Source of the DNA: Callorhinchus milii
Lineage: Eukaryota
Direction of reading: 5' to 3'
Assembly: GCF_018977255.1 (NCBI RefSeq)
Contig: NW_024704781.1
Coordinates: 620,001-684,000 of the forward strand
Length of the DNA: 64,000 bases
This document shows, piece by piece, positions 1 through 10,975 of the stretch. Below the pieces are notes generated by a model. That model had not been told where the DNA came from. It searched no databases and saw only the letters and a list, made by a program, of their open reading frames with translations. A program made the translations under genes and the position numbers. The first letter of the stretch is position 1. Every line of letters starts with the position of its first letter.

Positions 1-390
1 TTAGCGCATTATCGCGGTGTTGAGACGTCTTTGTGCGCTGCATAAAATACACTATAAAGTGAACAACTGTGCATCTTGAGGGCAAATTTGCTGCACAGCA
101 GTGTAACACAAACAGTTATGGAATCAGCTATCAATTTATTATTTGAACAAAATCGCATGTGTTGTTGCCGCCGAATCCACTGCAAACGAATGAATGGAGA
201 ATTATTATTTGGAATGTTTATTACCAACGTGTTATAAACCAATGTGCATGCTGCTTACTGCTTGGTGAACAGATGTGTGTCTGTATGTATCGAGTGAAAA
301 AACTTGCCTAAGGTTTCACACTGCCAAGGGAATCGAACCCAGATCTTGTCGCTTGTGGGGCGAGTGCTCTATACACTGAGCTACAGGTTT
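1..390 (-). mobile_element. tRNA-headed SINE (DeuSINE/AmnSINE1-like core, L2-type tail) inside a V leader intron, decayed
   Basis: A/B-box tRNA-like head on the minus strand at ~320-390 (cctgtagctcagtgtatagagcactcg...gggttcgattccc). Deu-like core near 80-110; tail near 1-60. Confidence 0.6.
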
Positions 391-462
391 TCCTACTCCA
401 GTTGTTATTGACATGGAGCTGACAATCAGCAGCGATACTGAATTAGCTGAACACGACCTCAC

Positions 463-508
463 TTGACATAAAGGTTCCCAGGACAAGACAGACAGCAAAC
501 AGCCTCAT
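463..508 (-). CDS. Leader exon (MRLFAVCLVLGTFMS) of a TCR alpha/delta V gene whose V exon lies left of the window
   Basis: ATG at 508, 46 nt (15 codons + 1), GTGAG donor at 462. Near-identical to the leader at 17864-17909 that serves an intact V. Confidence 0.85.
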
Positions 509-509
509 T

Positions 510-720
510 GCTGCTCTGCAGTCTGTGTGGTTGTGTCTGCGACATCAGTTTGCTGAACCCGCAGTGATTGCCGTCGTTGGCGGAGCTACAGTCTCTCGTC
601 ACCTCATTGACATCTCGTGTTTCGTAAAGAACGACCAATTGCTTTTATTCAGCGGTATTCCCAGGGATTGTGGGCTGGGAATGCTCCCACACAGCTCCTG
701 TTAACACGGCAATATTTAAA
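510..720 (-). promoter_or_regulatory. Putative V promoter block, paralogous to 17910-18110
   Basis: Aligns by eye with the sequence upstream of the 17.9-kb leader, including cgtcacctcattgaca/cgtc (CRE-like) about 90-110 nt upstream of the ATG. Confidence 0.5.
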
Positions 721-1449
721 GGACTAGAATTATGTCCAGGGGATGATTAGGAAAGTTCTTTCACTATTAGCAAGTAATATTGACATAATGTAGGACCGTA
801 ATCTGACGTTAGTTCTTCACTACGTGACACTCAAGACAGCCATTGCTTCCGTTTCTTCGTGGAAGCGAAGAGTAATTTGAAATGTCTTTAAAATAGTACC
901 ATGTTATTTTTAACGTCCACATCAAGACAAATACGAGATATCTGTCTAATATTAATAATAATGCTAAACCTTGCATTTGATACAATGCATCACCCCGACT
1001 TCCAGACGTTTCCACGCGCTTTAGAGAATATACGGTAAAATGAATTGACTGTAGATTTCGTGGTCGAAATGCGGTAACATGTTGCTCACAGCAGTATCCT
1101 GGAAACAGACGTGGATTAAGTGATCAAACTTTATCATTATCATTATTACTATTTCGCAGACATAGTATCGCCTGGAAACGCGACCTGTCCATCAGTAGGA
1201 CGGATATTGAATTCTTCTCCAATTTCACTTCGATTTGATTTAAAAAATATATTTTAGCACATTTATGTTGATTAAGGATTAAATATATTAATTCTCAAAC
1301 CTAGTTGGCATGGATGTTTAACAGATATCATGAGTTAAAAAATAATAGTAACTTGCCACCATCTATTGGTCAATACCGAACAGTTCTGCTTTGCTTCAAA
1401 TTTTATGCACAAATTCACTTAAAGTTATGAATAAATAAAATACAGAGTT

Positions 1450-1990
1450 GTATGTGTAAATCGCCTTTCGCGCTGGGAGGTGGACACAAGGCACTGAATA
1501 TTCGGGGATTAGGGTCGAAGCGCGGGGGATGGGGTCGTGAACGGGTGGGGGATGGCGATTGTTGGGTTCAGAGATGGTGGAGAACAGAGAGTGTAGGACG
1601 GTAGCCGAAGTCAGGGTCGAAGCGGGAGGGTCTTTACGTATGCCTTGAAGAAAGCAAGGGAGGAAGCGTGGTGAAGGGAATGTGGGATGGAGCTCCAGAA
1701 GATAGGGCAGAGAGACTGAAAGCCCGACCACCGATGGTAAGGCGGGACAGGCCAGTGACCTGGAACTGGAAGTCGGGAGGGAGTGGAGAGGTTGATGTGG
1801 GGTTAGCAGGTCGGAGAGGTAGGAAGAGCAAGACCATGGGGAACTTGAAGGTGAGGACGAGACTTTGGAACTCAATCTGAGAGCGAGTGGACTCGGGCGA
1901 AGGGGAGTGCGATCGCGTCACGGATGTGGCTGCGGGACAGGATACCAGCTGCAGAGTTCAGCAAACGATAATGTATTGTGGTTTCCAGTG
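1450..1990 (-). mobile_element. L2 LINE 3' fragment
   Basis: Minus-strand translation LSRLTIGGRAFSLSA matches the RT C-terminus of the L2 at 21.2-23 kb; pyrimidine-rich 3' UTR. Confidence 0.75.
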
Positions 1991-3633
1991 CCTTATAACA
2001 TTTCAGTTTCCGAGTCCCGCAACATACCCCGCTCTCAGCCACTATAGTGTCATAGATGTTGAAGTCCCGCCGCCCACACACTAAATCCTTCTCTGAGAAA
2101 TCTTTGCATCCCTTTCGACCTCAAACTGTAGTCAATTCCTTTGCAGTTTGTTCTTTGAAGCGTCTTGAGACAACAGCAACAACAACAACTTGCATTTATA
2201 TAGCGCGCTTCACATCGGAATGGCGTCTCAGAGCGCTTCAATTGCATCACAGTGCCACGATATTGTGCTACATAAATTGCACGGATTATTATTATTGTGA
2301 TATGTTGTTGCCCTTTGTCAGACGTCCTAACAGATGGAAAGCTTCATGCTGTGGCTGCAATTTTGTTACTTGAAAATAATCTTCTCTTTGGTAAACAAAG
2401 TGTTTTGGTTTTGTTAAAGGTACTCACACGGTAAATTTACACACAATTTGATAGTAGAATTAAATTTCATAGGTCAGCTGTTCTGAGCAGCCAATATCCA
2501 ACTTGTGAGTTTAATATTTCAAATTCCAATACTGAATTTTTTCAGTGTTGACACTGGCAATTGTACATTATTGCATTTGCATACTTTTTACCTAGCAGAA
2601 AGATGGAACCCAGTTGTTAGTCGATTGACGAATCGCTTCCCCGGGTTACTAATCACTCCAATATAATGATAATAATAATAATAATTAAGTCAATTAATCC
2701 ACGACCGTTTGTGAAAAACTGCTGCGCACCATTCGCTGGCGCATTTCACCAATAACATATACAGTTAATGAACTTATAATCTGTGAATTGCTGTGAGACG
2801 TCTCTAAGTCGTGATATGACAGTCAACCGAATGGTGATTTATGAATTGACTTTATAAATATTGTGATTTATAAATTGACTTTATAAATAGTGTGAATTGA
2901 CTTTGTGTTTTGCAGTTAACCGATCTCGGATTGAGTGACCATTACATTATTACTGTTTTTATTTATTCAAGGGATTATTGTCCCACTTTACTGAGTTCCG
3001 AATTTCTACTAGGTAAACAGAGGCGAGTAGATTAAATAAATTTGCCTAACGTTTCGGACTGCCCGGGAATCGAACTCCGGTCATCTGAATTGTGAGGCCA
3101 GCAACCTAACCAAAACGCTGGAAAACTCCACAAACTTCTCTTCTTCACGTGCTCTTATCCCATCCATTTCCGGGGCTCTTTGTGGGATATTTCGGAGTGC
3201 AAATTACAGGCCGGTCGCTACGGGACAACTCGAGGATGCAAACTCTTATATTAAATGTAAGGATTATCATTAAAATTACAATGTCGGGAGCCGTTTCAAA
3301 GCTCTTCACAATACTGTTCAGGGGTTTGCATTTTGTGTTTTTTCTGCATTCCACCTTATTCCTTCGAGTCAAAACAACAACAATTAAAACATGAACTTTA
3401 TTTTAGCATTTGCAGCCCACAGTAAACCAATTGAATCTTGCCTGCTGTGCTCAATTCGCTGAGTATTTTACCCTGTGCATTTACAGTGACACACAGTTAT
3501 GTGCAGCTTCAGCAGACTTGTGCTGAACGCCGTTCCGAGACAGACTTCCTGAAAACAGCCTGCTCGCCTCAGCACCACCTCACAAAGCTCGGATAGTTAT
3601 TGTACGAGGCTGTGCCTGGTTGCGATCACTGTG

Positions 3634-4422
3634 GTGCTGACTGCACAGTAATACACAGCGGAGTCAGACAGCTCTAATTGGGAGATGGTTATTTTGCTAG
3701 ATTTCCTGGAGATCTGCAGCTCATCCGAGAAACGAATTGTAAACTTTACAGCTCTGCAGTATATATTCGGGTTTTTTCTCTGTGAATTGTCGGTACCAGT
3801 ATAAACAATAGCTGCTCAGTGATGTAGCATAATTACTGTCCAAAGTCACCTCTCCTCCTTGTCACTGAAGGCACCGATAGAGTGACCGAATCTCCCAGGC
3901 TCAGACCTGAAACACAAGTATAAAATAGAAGTAATAATGAACACATTTGATAAATAAATAGGCTTAGAAATTCTGCAGCACCTTATCAAAATTTCAAGAC
4001 GTCTGAAGGCGCTTCACGGAATATACTGTAAAGTGGTGACTGTGTGTAATATGTGCGAAACGCGGCAGCCATTTGTGTTCAGCTGTGTCCCACAAACAGT
4101 CGTGGGTTAAACAACTTTTTTTGAAAAATATTTTATTGGAAGGAATCAATATGCCCGAGGAGATTATCCGCCAATTGAATAACAACCAGGTCCTACGTGC
4201 GGTGCGTGGAGAAAGGAAACCCGTCCAATGTTTCTCCCTGCCGGGAATCGAAATAAGTTCTCTCGCTTGCGGGGTGAAGGCTCTGACCACTGAGCTACAA
4301 GACTCCACTAACGAAAGCAACACAATCGATGTTGAAAAATGTCTGAAACATTTGCGATTTCCCTTAATTGATTAACTATCAGAAAAGCAGCCAAAAGCCA
4401 CCCAGATCATAACTCCCCACAT
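3634..4422 (-). pseudogene. TCR V pseudogene (MWG-leader family): V exon 3634-3906, damaged leader 4376-4422
   Basis: Exon encodes GDSVT...VTLDSNY...LYWYRQ...SDSAVYYCAVS across two frameshifts, with Cys23 replaced by Ser. Leader has a 1-nt insertion and GT->TT donor. RSS CACAGTG-23-ACAATAACT at 3595-3633. Confidence 0.85.
3975..4305 (-). mobile_element. Near full-length tRNA/Deu-type SINE in the V intron
   Basis: tRNA-like head 4240-4305, core aaacgcggcagcc...gtcccacaaacag, tail gaaggcgcttcac/gacgtc. Confidence 0.75.
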
Positions 4423-5687
4423 CTTCTGAGCTTGATCTACAGATGCCCATTGATTACCTGTAAGATATTGGAGGTGATTGGCTCCAGCTCCCACAGTTAT
4501 GACGTGTGTTGTCATTTATGTCGTCCAATACCTAAAGTGCGAAACATCCACGTGATCAGAAACAATTTCCAATCAATTATTTTCATTTGAAGAGAACGGT
4601 AGAATGGTGGATTCTCAGAGAACAGAAGGAAGCCATTCGGCCCATCGTGCCAGTGCAGTGCAGTCAAACTTTTAGGGGGCAATAATTCCTTTAAAAAAAC
4701 GCTAAGTGTGTCGCTTAAACGACGACCTCTTGTGGGACACTGCTGTGCGTGATTTGCTGACGCATTTCGCCCACAATTTATGCAGTCAATTCACTTTGCG
4801 ATATTAAATGCAATGATAAATTGCTTATAATATAATGTTATTTCTACTTAGACTTGTCTTTCAGATCTGACCCATGGAGATGCTGTGAAAGAGCAAACAA
4901 GCCAATCCCACTCGTCCACTCTTTCCCCATAGCCCTGTAATATTTTTTTCTTGGTAAGTGGTAGTACAATTAACTTGTGAATCTGAAGCCATAGAATCTG
5001 ATTCCAACACCCTATCAGATAATGCATTCTGAACCGTAACAAGGCTCTGGGTTAAATAATGTCTCCTTTTCTCCACCCTGGTTCGTTTGCCAATGAAATT
5101 CAAACTGCAAAACAAATTCAGCAGCTGTAAAATTTTAGATGTAAACAAAGTGTGACTTAAAATATCCTTTAAGCGGTTGGTCTGAAATTCAATACCCTGT
5201 TTAAATTACGTTTCAATCACAAAACATTAATGTCAACACAAAATATGCCTGAAGTTTAAACAATTAACGTTCACTGAGACCAAAGTCCTAAAATTCCGTT
5301 GATATTGAGAGAGAGAGACGTCGCAAAGCGTTGCAAATGATGTAATGTGTTGTGTGGTGACTGTATTACCTTTCAGCAAATTCGCAGGACATTCATTTTA
5401 CATTATATTTTGTGAAGACCTTTGAGACGTCTCGAAGTCGTGAGAAGGCGCTACATTAAATGTAAGGATTATTATTATTTCTTTCACTCTTTCCCTACAT
5501 GAACCACTCTATCGCATTTTGCTTGTGGTTGGGAATTATTCGCGTGCTTCCTGTGAGATACACAGCAGCAAAGTAAAAAAATGTGAAATAGGTCAACTGT
5601 CAGGACTAACATCTGTGTTGAGATGAGACTCTTTCTCTCCTCTTTGGAGGTTTATGTACAGCGGTGTAGTCTGACAGTAACACTGTG

Positions 5688-6115
5688 TGTGCGATAGCAC
5701 AGTAAAATTTGACCATATCAGATAGAGCCACGGGGAATACAAATGGAGTGGATCTCTTGCTGCTCCTGTCCAGATTTGGAGTTAAACAATGCTTTGCAAA
5801 TTCAGCAATGAATATGTCACCATCATAATCATGTCTCTGTTTGTACAGAGGAGGTTCCCCTGGATACTGACGATTCCAGAATATTAAAACATTGGTGAAA
5901 TCAGCAGAGTAGATACAGCTCAGGGTTACAGTCTGACATTCAGTAACAGATACTTCCATCAGTGATCGTTCAATGCTGACTCCATTCACTGTCCCTGTAG
6001 CCAGAGAAAATATGTTTTTCACTGTCACAGAAAGCCCAGAGATAAATCCCCTAATTGTTTTAAGGGTGAGAGAGAAAGACCAAGACATCAGTCCCAATAA
6101 TAGTAAATTTTGCAT
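5688..6115 (-). pseudogene. Atypical TCR V (GVS family): V exon 5688-5994 open but degenerate; leader starts at ATG 6115 with no phase-1 donor
   Basis: GTVNGVSIE...VTLSC...IFWNRQ...SDMVKFYCAIA. Acceptor ctacag at 5995-6000. RSS CACAGTG-23-ACATAAACC at 5649-5687. Confidence 0.8.
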
Positions 6116-7195
6116 CGCAAAGTATTTCACAGCGTAAATGTGCTGCCGTGTTATCCTACAAATCACATAGAAACTCAAATTTACAGCCCAAATATGCGAA
6201 GAGTTTGAGGTTATGCTCCGTACCGAAAGGCGATTACATATAAGGACTATTATTCCATCATATCCAAGATTTACTTTCTGTGCTAGATTGTCAAAAAATA
6301 AACCTGTTCTATCGTAGATCAAGTAACACCCAAGTCTGTCTCAAATCCCATATAGGTGTATATGTCCTTTCAATTGGATTTCAAACCATTGATCGTCTTG
6401 ACTTCATATGCTGCAAGTAACATGATAGTAATCATCCCATTTGAGGGAGTAATTGCCTATTTTCAACTTTAGTGCACAGCAGTTTCCTGCAAATAGTCGT
6501 AGATTCGGTAAAAATACCTAATATTTACCAATTATTTTCGCAAAGGTTATTACCACAGTAATAATCCGACAGTCGACCAACAACCGCATTGCTACATACT
6601 TTAAGAAAAGCAGAGGCCCGTGTATGGAGCAAAGAAACTTGTCCAACCTATCGCACTGCATGCGTTTCGAACCCAGTCCCTCTCACTGACCACGAAGGTA
6701 CAGGACTCAACGGACACTAAAATATCACTTTACAAAAACTCTGTGTTAAATTGTGTGTCACAACATTTTGAAGTGCTCACTCTAGAAACAAAAGTTGAAA
6801 TCGGCATTTTTACTACAAAATATACAGTCAATTTAGGTTACATGATATTCTGCGAAGCGTTTTGAGACGTCTCAATGACGTGCTGCAGCACAAAAACAAA
6901 TGCAAGAATTATTCTGTTAGCTATTTTCTTTTTATTACTGTTATTATAAACATGTCAAACCTCCAACAAACATTTATCAGATCTTCTCTCTGTTGGTGAA
7001 GAACATCTCACATATACAGTAAGAAAAGTATCAAATATTTTAATTAACTTGATAAACCTCAATAATGTGAAAGCTATGGTGACAGTTGGGAGAGGGCTTA
7101 TAACATTGTCTGTCACTAGCTGTACTGTACTGATTCCCAGCTTTGGTTGTGATGAGGGTTATTTTACGAGGCTTCCTATGATGTTTATCACTGTG

Positions 7196-7498
7196 GTGCA
7201 GACTGAGTGCACAGTGATACATAGCAGAGTCTGTCAGCCGCAGGTCGGCGATGGTTAAAACGCTAATTTTCTTGGCAGTGTCAAGAGCAGCAGAACTATG
7301 ATCTCCAGTGGGGTTTCCTCCTTCTCCTGAGGTTTTTCTGTGGAACAGGTGTTTCAGTTCCTCACCAGGGGACTGACGGCACCAGGAGACGCTGAAATCC
7401 TGTCCACAGAATCCTAAATATTGGCAATGTAAATTTATCCTCTCACCAGCAAAAGCAGTTTGTTCAGGCGGTGATTTGGAAAAATGTATAATTCGATC
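7196..7498 (-). pseudogene. Decayed copy of the NAR-TCR supporting TCR-delta V
   Basis: Acceptor AG->TG (7499-7500), +1 frameshift in FR1 giving TGA, WCRQ instead of WYRQ, CDR1 Cys kept. RSS CACAGTG-23-AAAATAACC at 7157-7195. Confidence 0.85.
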
Positions 7499-8276
7499 CA
7501 GCGGGATGTATATTACAGGTTACTTAGATTCATTATTTCTTATATCACAGTATTAAGCCATTCGGCCCACTCTGCCTGTTCAGGTGGACTTTAAGTTCCC
7601 ACTGCAGTTTTTGAAACGAAAAGGATGATTCTTTCTCTAATTTTGATGAATGACAATCTACTAATTAAGAAAAATAGCGTTTTGCTTCACGACTATTTGT
7701 GGGGACTTGGTGTTCACAAATTGGCTACCGCGTTACCCAACAAATCTCAAAGTCACTTAACTTTAAATTGTATCATGTGAAATGCTTTGGGACGTTTCCC
7801 GCAGAGATTGGCATTATACCGATTAAAAAAATCTTTAATCATACAAACTTATAATTTTACAGCACAGAAGAATGTCATTCGAGCCATTGTGTCTGTGTCG
7901 GCTCTTTGAATACAGTTATCCCATTCAATTTCAATCCACTGCTCTCTCCCCATAGCCTTGCAAATATGAACTCCCCCCAAAGTTATCTATAACAATGGTA
8001 GAAAGAGCAGAGGAAATTATTATAACAGAGAGCTCCTGCAGGTGAGGCATATTTTAGTGCAAATACAAATCATTACGTGTCGAAATTCCAACAAACATTT
8101 GTCGAATTCTGCTAAACATTGGAGAAAAACAAACAAAATATAAAGTACAGAAAATTATCAAATTGGTTTGGAATGAACTGAATAAGTTGAACGCTACGGT
8201 GGCAGTTGGGAGAGAGTTTGTCACACTGTATGTCACTAACTGTACTGTACTGTTTCCCAGCTTTGGTTGTGATGAG

Positions 8277-8315
8277 GGTTATTGTACGAGGTTTCCTATG
8301 ATGTGTATCACTGTG
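8277..8315 (-). promoter_or_regulatory. 23-RSS of the supporting V
   Basis: CACAGTG (8315-8309), 23-nt spacer, ACAATAACC (8285-8277). Confidence 0.9.
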
Positions 8316-8617
8316 GTGCAGACTGAGTGCACAGTGATACAGAACGGATTCTGTCAGCCGCACGCCGGCGATGGTTAAAACGCTGATTTTCTTGGCAGTG
8401 TCAAGAGAAGCAGAAATATAATGTCCAGTGAAGTTTCTTCCCTCTCCTGACGGTTTTCTGTGTAGCAGGTATCTCAGTTCCTCGCCAGGGGACTGACGGT
8501 ACCAGGAGACGCCAAAATCCTGTCCGCAGAATCCTGAGTATTTGCAATGTAAATTTATCCTCTCACCAGTGAAAGCCGTTTGTTCAGGCGGTGACTGAGA
8601 AACAGTATAATTGGATC
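8316..8617 (-). CDS. Supporting TCR-delta V exon of a NAR-TCR cassette (open frame, CDR1 cysteine)
   Basis: Acceptor ccgcag|GA. SNYTVSQSPPEQTAFTGERINLHCKYSGFCGQDFGVSWYRQ...LTESVLYHCALSL. Cys23, Trp41, Cys104 plus an extra Cys in CDR1. No ATG-bearing leader found between it and the upstream J (part of that interval is an N gap). Confidence 0.85.
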
Positions 8618-9565
8618 CTGCGGAATGCAAATTACAGGTTACTTAGAATCATGGAATCATGGAAATTTGCAGCACATGAAGAGAACATTTGGCCCTTCTT
8701 GCCTGTGTCGGCTCTTTGAAATGAGCTATTCAATTGAATCCCACTACCCCGCTCTTGTCACATAACCCTGTATCATTTCCTTTGATGCATCTATCCCATT
8801 TCTTTCCGAAATTTTTTATCGAATCTGTTTCCGCCACCCTTTCAGGCAATGCATTGCAGTCAGTAGCAATTTTCATTTGAAATAAATTCTCCTCCTCTCC
8901 CCTCTGATCCTTTAACCCATTATCTTAAACGTGTGTTTCGTGGTTGCTCAGCCATTTGACTAAGGAAACAGTTTAACATTTTCTAGTCCATAAAAAATTC
9001 TCACACGTTTCAAAACTGGCACTAGTTTACCAGTAAAACTTCAGTGCTATAAGGAGAACATTTTAAGGCACTTTTGTCTTCATACACATGAATCCTCTCT
9101 TCCCAGGAATCTTTCTGATAAATTTAATTTTCTCCCTGCCCAAGGCCTGGAAATTCTTGTTGCTAAGTGTAAGGATGCTTCTAATAACAATGATAGAAAG
9201 AGCAGATGAAGGCATTAAAATAGCGCGAGCTCTTGAAATTGCAGACACAAACCGTATGGTTATTTCTATGACAACATTTATGATATGTAATAAATGGACC
9301 ATTTTAATTAAGCTTTGTTTGTCTAATCTTATACTTGTTTGGTGTAGTGTAGCCCACATTGAGTCTTTGGGTGTCTGTGGTCATGGGAATGTTCAGCAGA
9401 TAATCAGGTGTCAGTTTGTACCGTTAACTCAGCGGGTTTACCGTTGAGGCAAATGGAAAGTTTTCCTGCTCTAAATGTCGTTACTTTAACATCGGTGCTG
9501 GAGGAGGTAATGTCTCTGGTTTGTTACCAATATCAGTTTCCCTCTCAGTCTGTGAGCCGCTCAAT

Positions 9566-9731
9566 NNNNNNNNNNNNNNNNNNNNNNNNNNNNNNNNNNN
9601 NNNNNNNNNNNNNNNNNNNNNNNNNNNNNNNNNNNNNNNNNNNNNNNNNNNNNNNNNNNNNNNNNNNNNNNNNNNNNNNNNNNNNNNNNNNNNNNNNNNN
9701 NNNNNNNNNNNNNNNNNNNNNNNNNNNNNNN
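9566..9731. other. Assembly gap (166 N) in the J-to-supporting-V intron
   Basis: Run of N. Confidence 0.99.
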
Positions 9732-9895
9732 CTCTCCTTTTTTTCTATATTTCGTTCTTTTTAATTTTTTCTTTGTTTTTTAATTTCTTTCTTTCTTACG
9801 TTCTCTCTCTTGGATCCTTATTCCATTCTTTCTTGAACTTTCATATCTTTCATTCTGAGAAAACAGACACTGTCTCCGTACGCTTGAATACTTAC

Positions 9896-9953
9896 TTGCT
9901 TGTTGGTGTTGACTGATACAAAACAATAGAGAGAAAATGAGATAATATTTCAG
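9896..9953 (-). pseudogene. Probable vestigial leader exon of the supporting V with CTG in place of ATG
   Basis: 58 nt (19 codons + 1) reading LKYYLIFSLLFCISQHQQA, then a perfect GTAAGT donor in phase 1. In-frame TGA five codons upstream of the CTG and no ATG. Confidence 0.55.
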
Positions 9954-10132
9954 TACGATGAACGTATGTCAGAACGGTGGGTTTTGGAAGTTTTTTTTCA
10001 TAATTGGTCAAGTTTATTGTTGTAGTTACTCGGTTGTAAATAATTGGGAGCCATGACATAGAAGAATGCATTTTTACAAATTCAGGTAAATAAAGATTTA
10101 TTCTAGCAAGATCGAAATTTTTTCGCACTTAC

Positions 10133-10185
10133 GTCTCGTTACATTAACTTCTGTTCCTGATCCATCGATGGTTTTGCTATAATAC
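10133..10185 (-). CDS. NAR-TCR J segment (YYSKTIDGSGTEVNVTR)
   Basis: G-x-G-T-x-V-x-V motif. GTAAGT donor at 10132 in phase 1, in frame with the 8617 acceptor (C|GA = Arg). Confidence 0.9.
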
Positions 10186-10224
10186 CACAGTCACGCATGT
10201 CTCATTCTACGAGGTGCAAAAACT
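10186..10224 (-). promoter_or_regulatory. 23-RSS of the NAR-TCR J
   Basis: Plus strand CACAGTC, 23 nt, GCAAAAACT. Confidence 0.85.
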
Positions 10225-10535
10225 GTTTTATCAGATCATGGCTGAATAATGCACCAAAACGGTTGCATTCTGACAAGTTGGTCATTAATTATTTTCTTTC
10301 CACCAATGTCCCATCTTCACAATTTTCATTTGCCTAATCATGTTTATTTTCATTATTTCCACCCAAACACAAACGAAGTGCCCGGCCCAAAGAACACCTC
10401 TCTGCAAATAATTACAGAAAATATTTGCTCACAATAAATAAGTTTCAAAGCCAATTTTCGACACATTCAGGAGTATTAAACAGGACAGAGTTTTCAGCAA
10501 TCACGCCTCTTCTACTTCCATGCAAATAGCTCTAT

Positions 10536-10606
10536 AGTATTTGTGCTGATGTTTTACAATGTGACCGTCTCAAACCAACACAGTATTCAATATCAATACA
10601 AAAAAC
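10536..10606 (-). other. NAR-TCR D segment (10564-10578, TTGGTTTGAGACGGT) flanked by two 12-RSSs
   Basis: Plus strand agtatttgt-12-caatgtg [D, 15 nt] cacagta-12-acaaaaaac. Confidence 0.9.
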
Positions 10607-10937
10607 AATGGTTTGAAAAACAAATGAAATGCTTTCTACCATTTACTATCGAACAATCAATGACATGAGATTTCTAATTATTTTGAGTATTTTCCTAGCA
10701 GCAATTTGCATGCGTTGTCTTTTATCTATTGCAATACATTGTTAGTTATATGAATCCAACCAAAGTACTAACGTCGGATTCATACTTACTCACTATTCCT
10801 AAGTATTCACAATAATGGTTGTTTCTTAAAGGAAGTGTTATTAAACATCATTGCACATCGTATGCGAATGACGAACGAGCATTGAATTCATTGACAAGTT
10901 CAAATTCTCTGTGTTTTTCCTGTGAGTCGGTGAAAGG

Positions 10938-10975
10938 GCTTTTTGTATTGTCGGAAGCCCAGATAAAGCATTGTG
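10938..10975 (-). promoter_or_regulatory. 22-spacer RSS of the IgNAR-like V
   Basis: CACAATG, 22 nt, ACAAAAAGC. Confidence 0.8.

Larger units (their letters stand above)
6950..9230. repeat. Local tandem duplication (~1.12-kb period) carrying the supporting V exon and a CR1 3' remnant
   Basis: Constant offset of 1120 between 7141-7480 and 8261-8600; flanks also align (6950/8070 and 7980/9170). Confidence 0.85.

Noticed and set aside
1396-1921. Long Ser/Pro-rich ORFs, also at 21749-22947, 32153-32720 and 43038-43623
   Set aside because: Alternative frames or antisense of pyrimidine-rich L2 sequence.
2834-2905. ~29-bp tandem repeat (gtgatttatgaattgactttataaata) x2.5
   Set aside because: Local slippage in a SINE tail; not CRISPR-like and no spacers.
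9420-9500. Possible leader exon for the supporting V (GTAAAC donor at ~9440)
   Set aside because: ATG is followed by TAA at codon 4 and the peptide is not hydrophobic.
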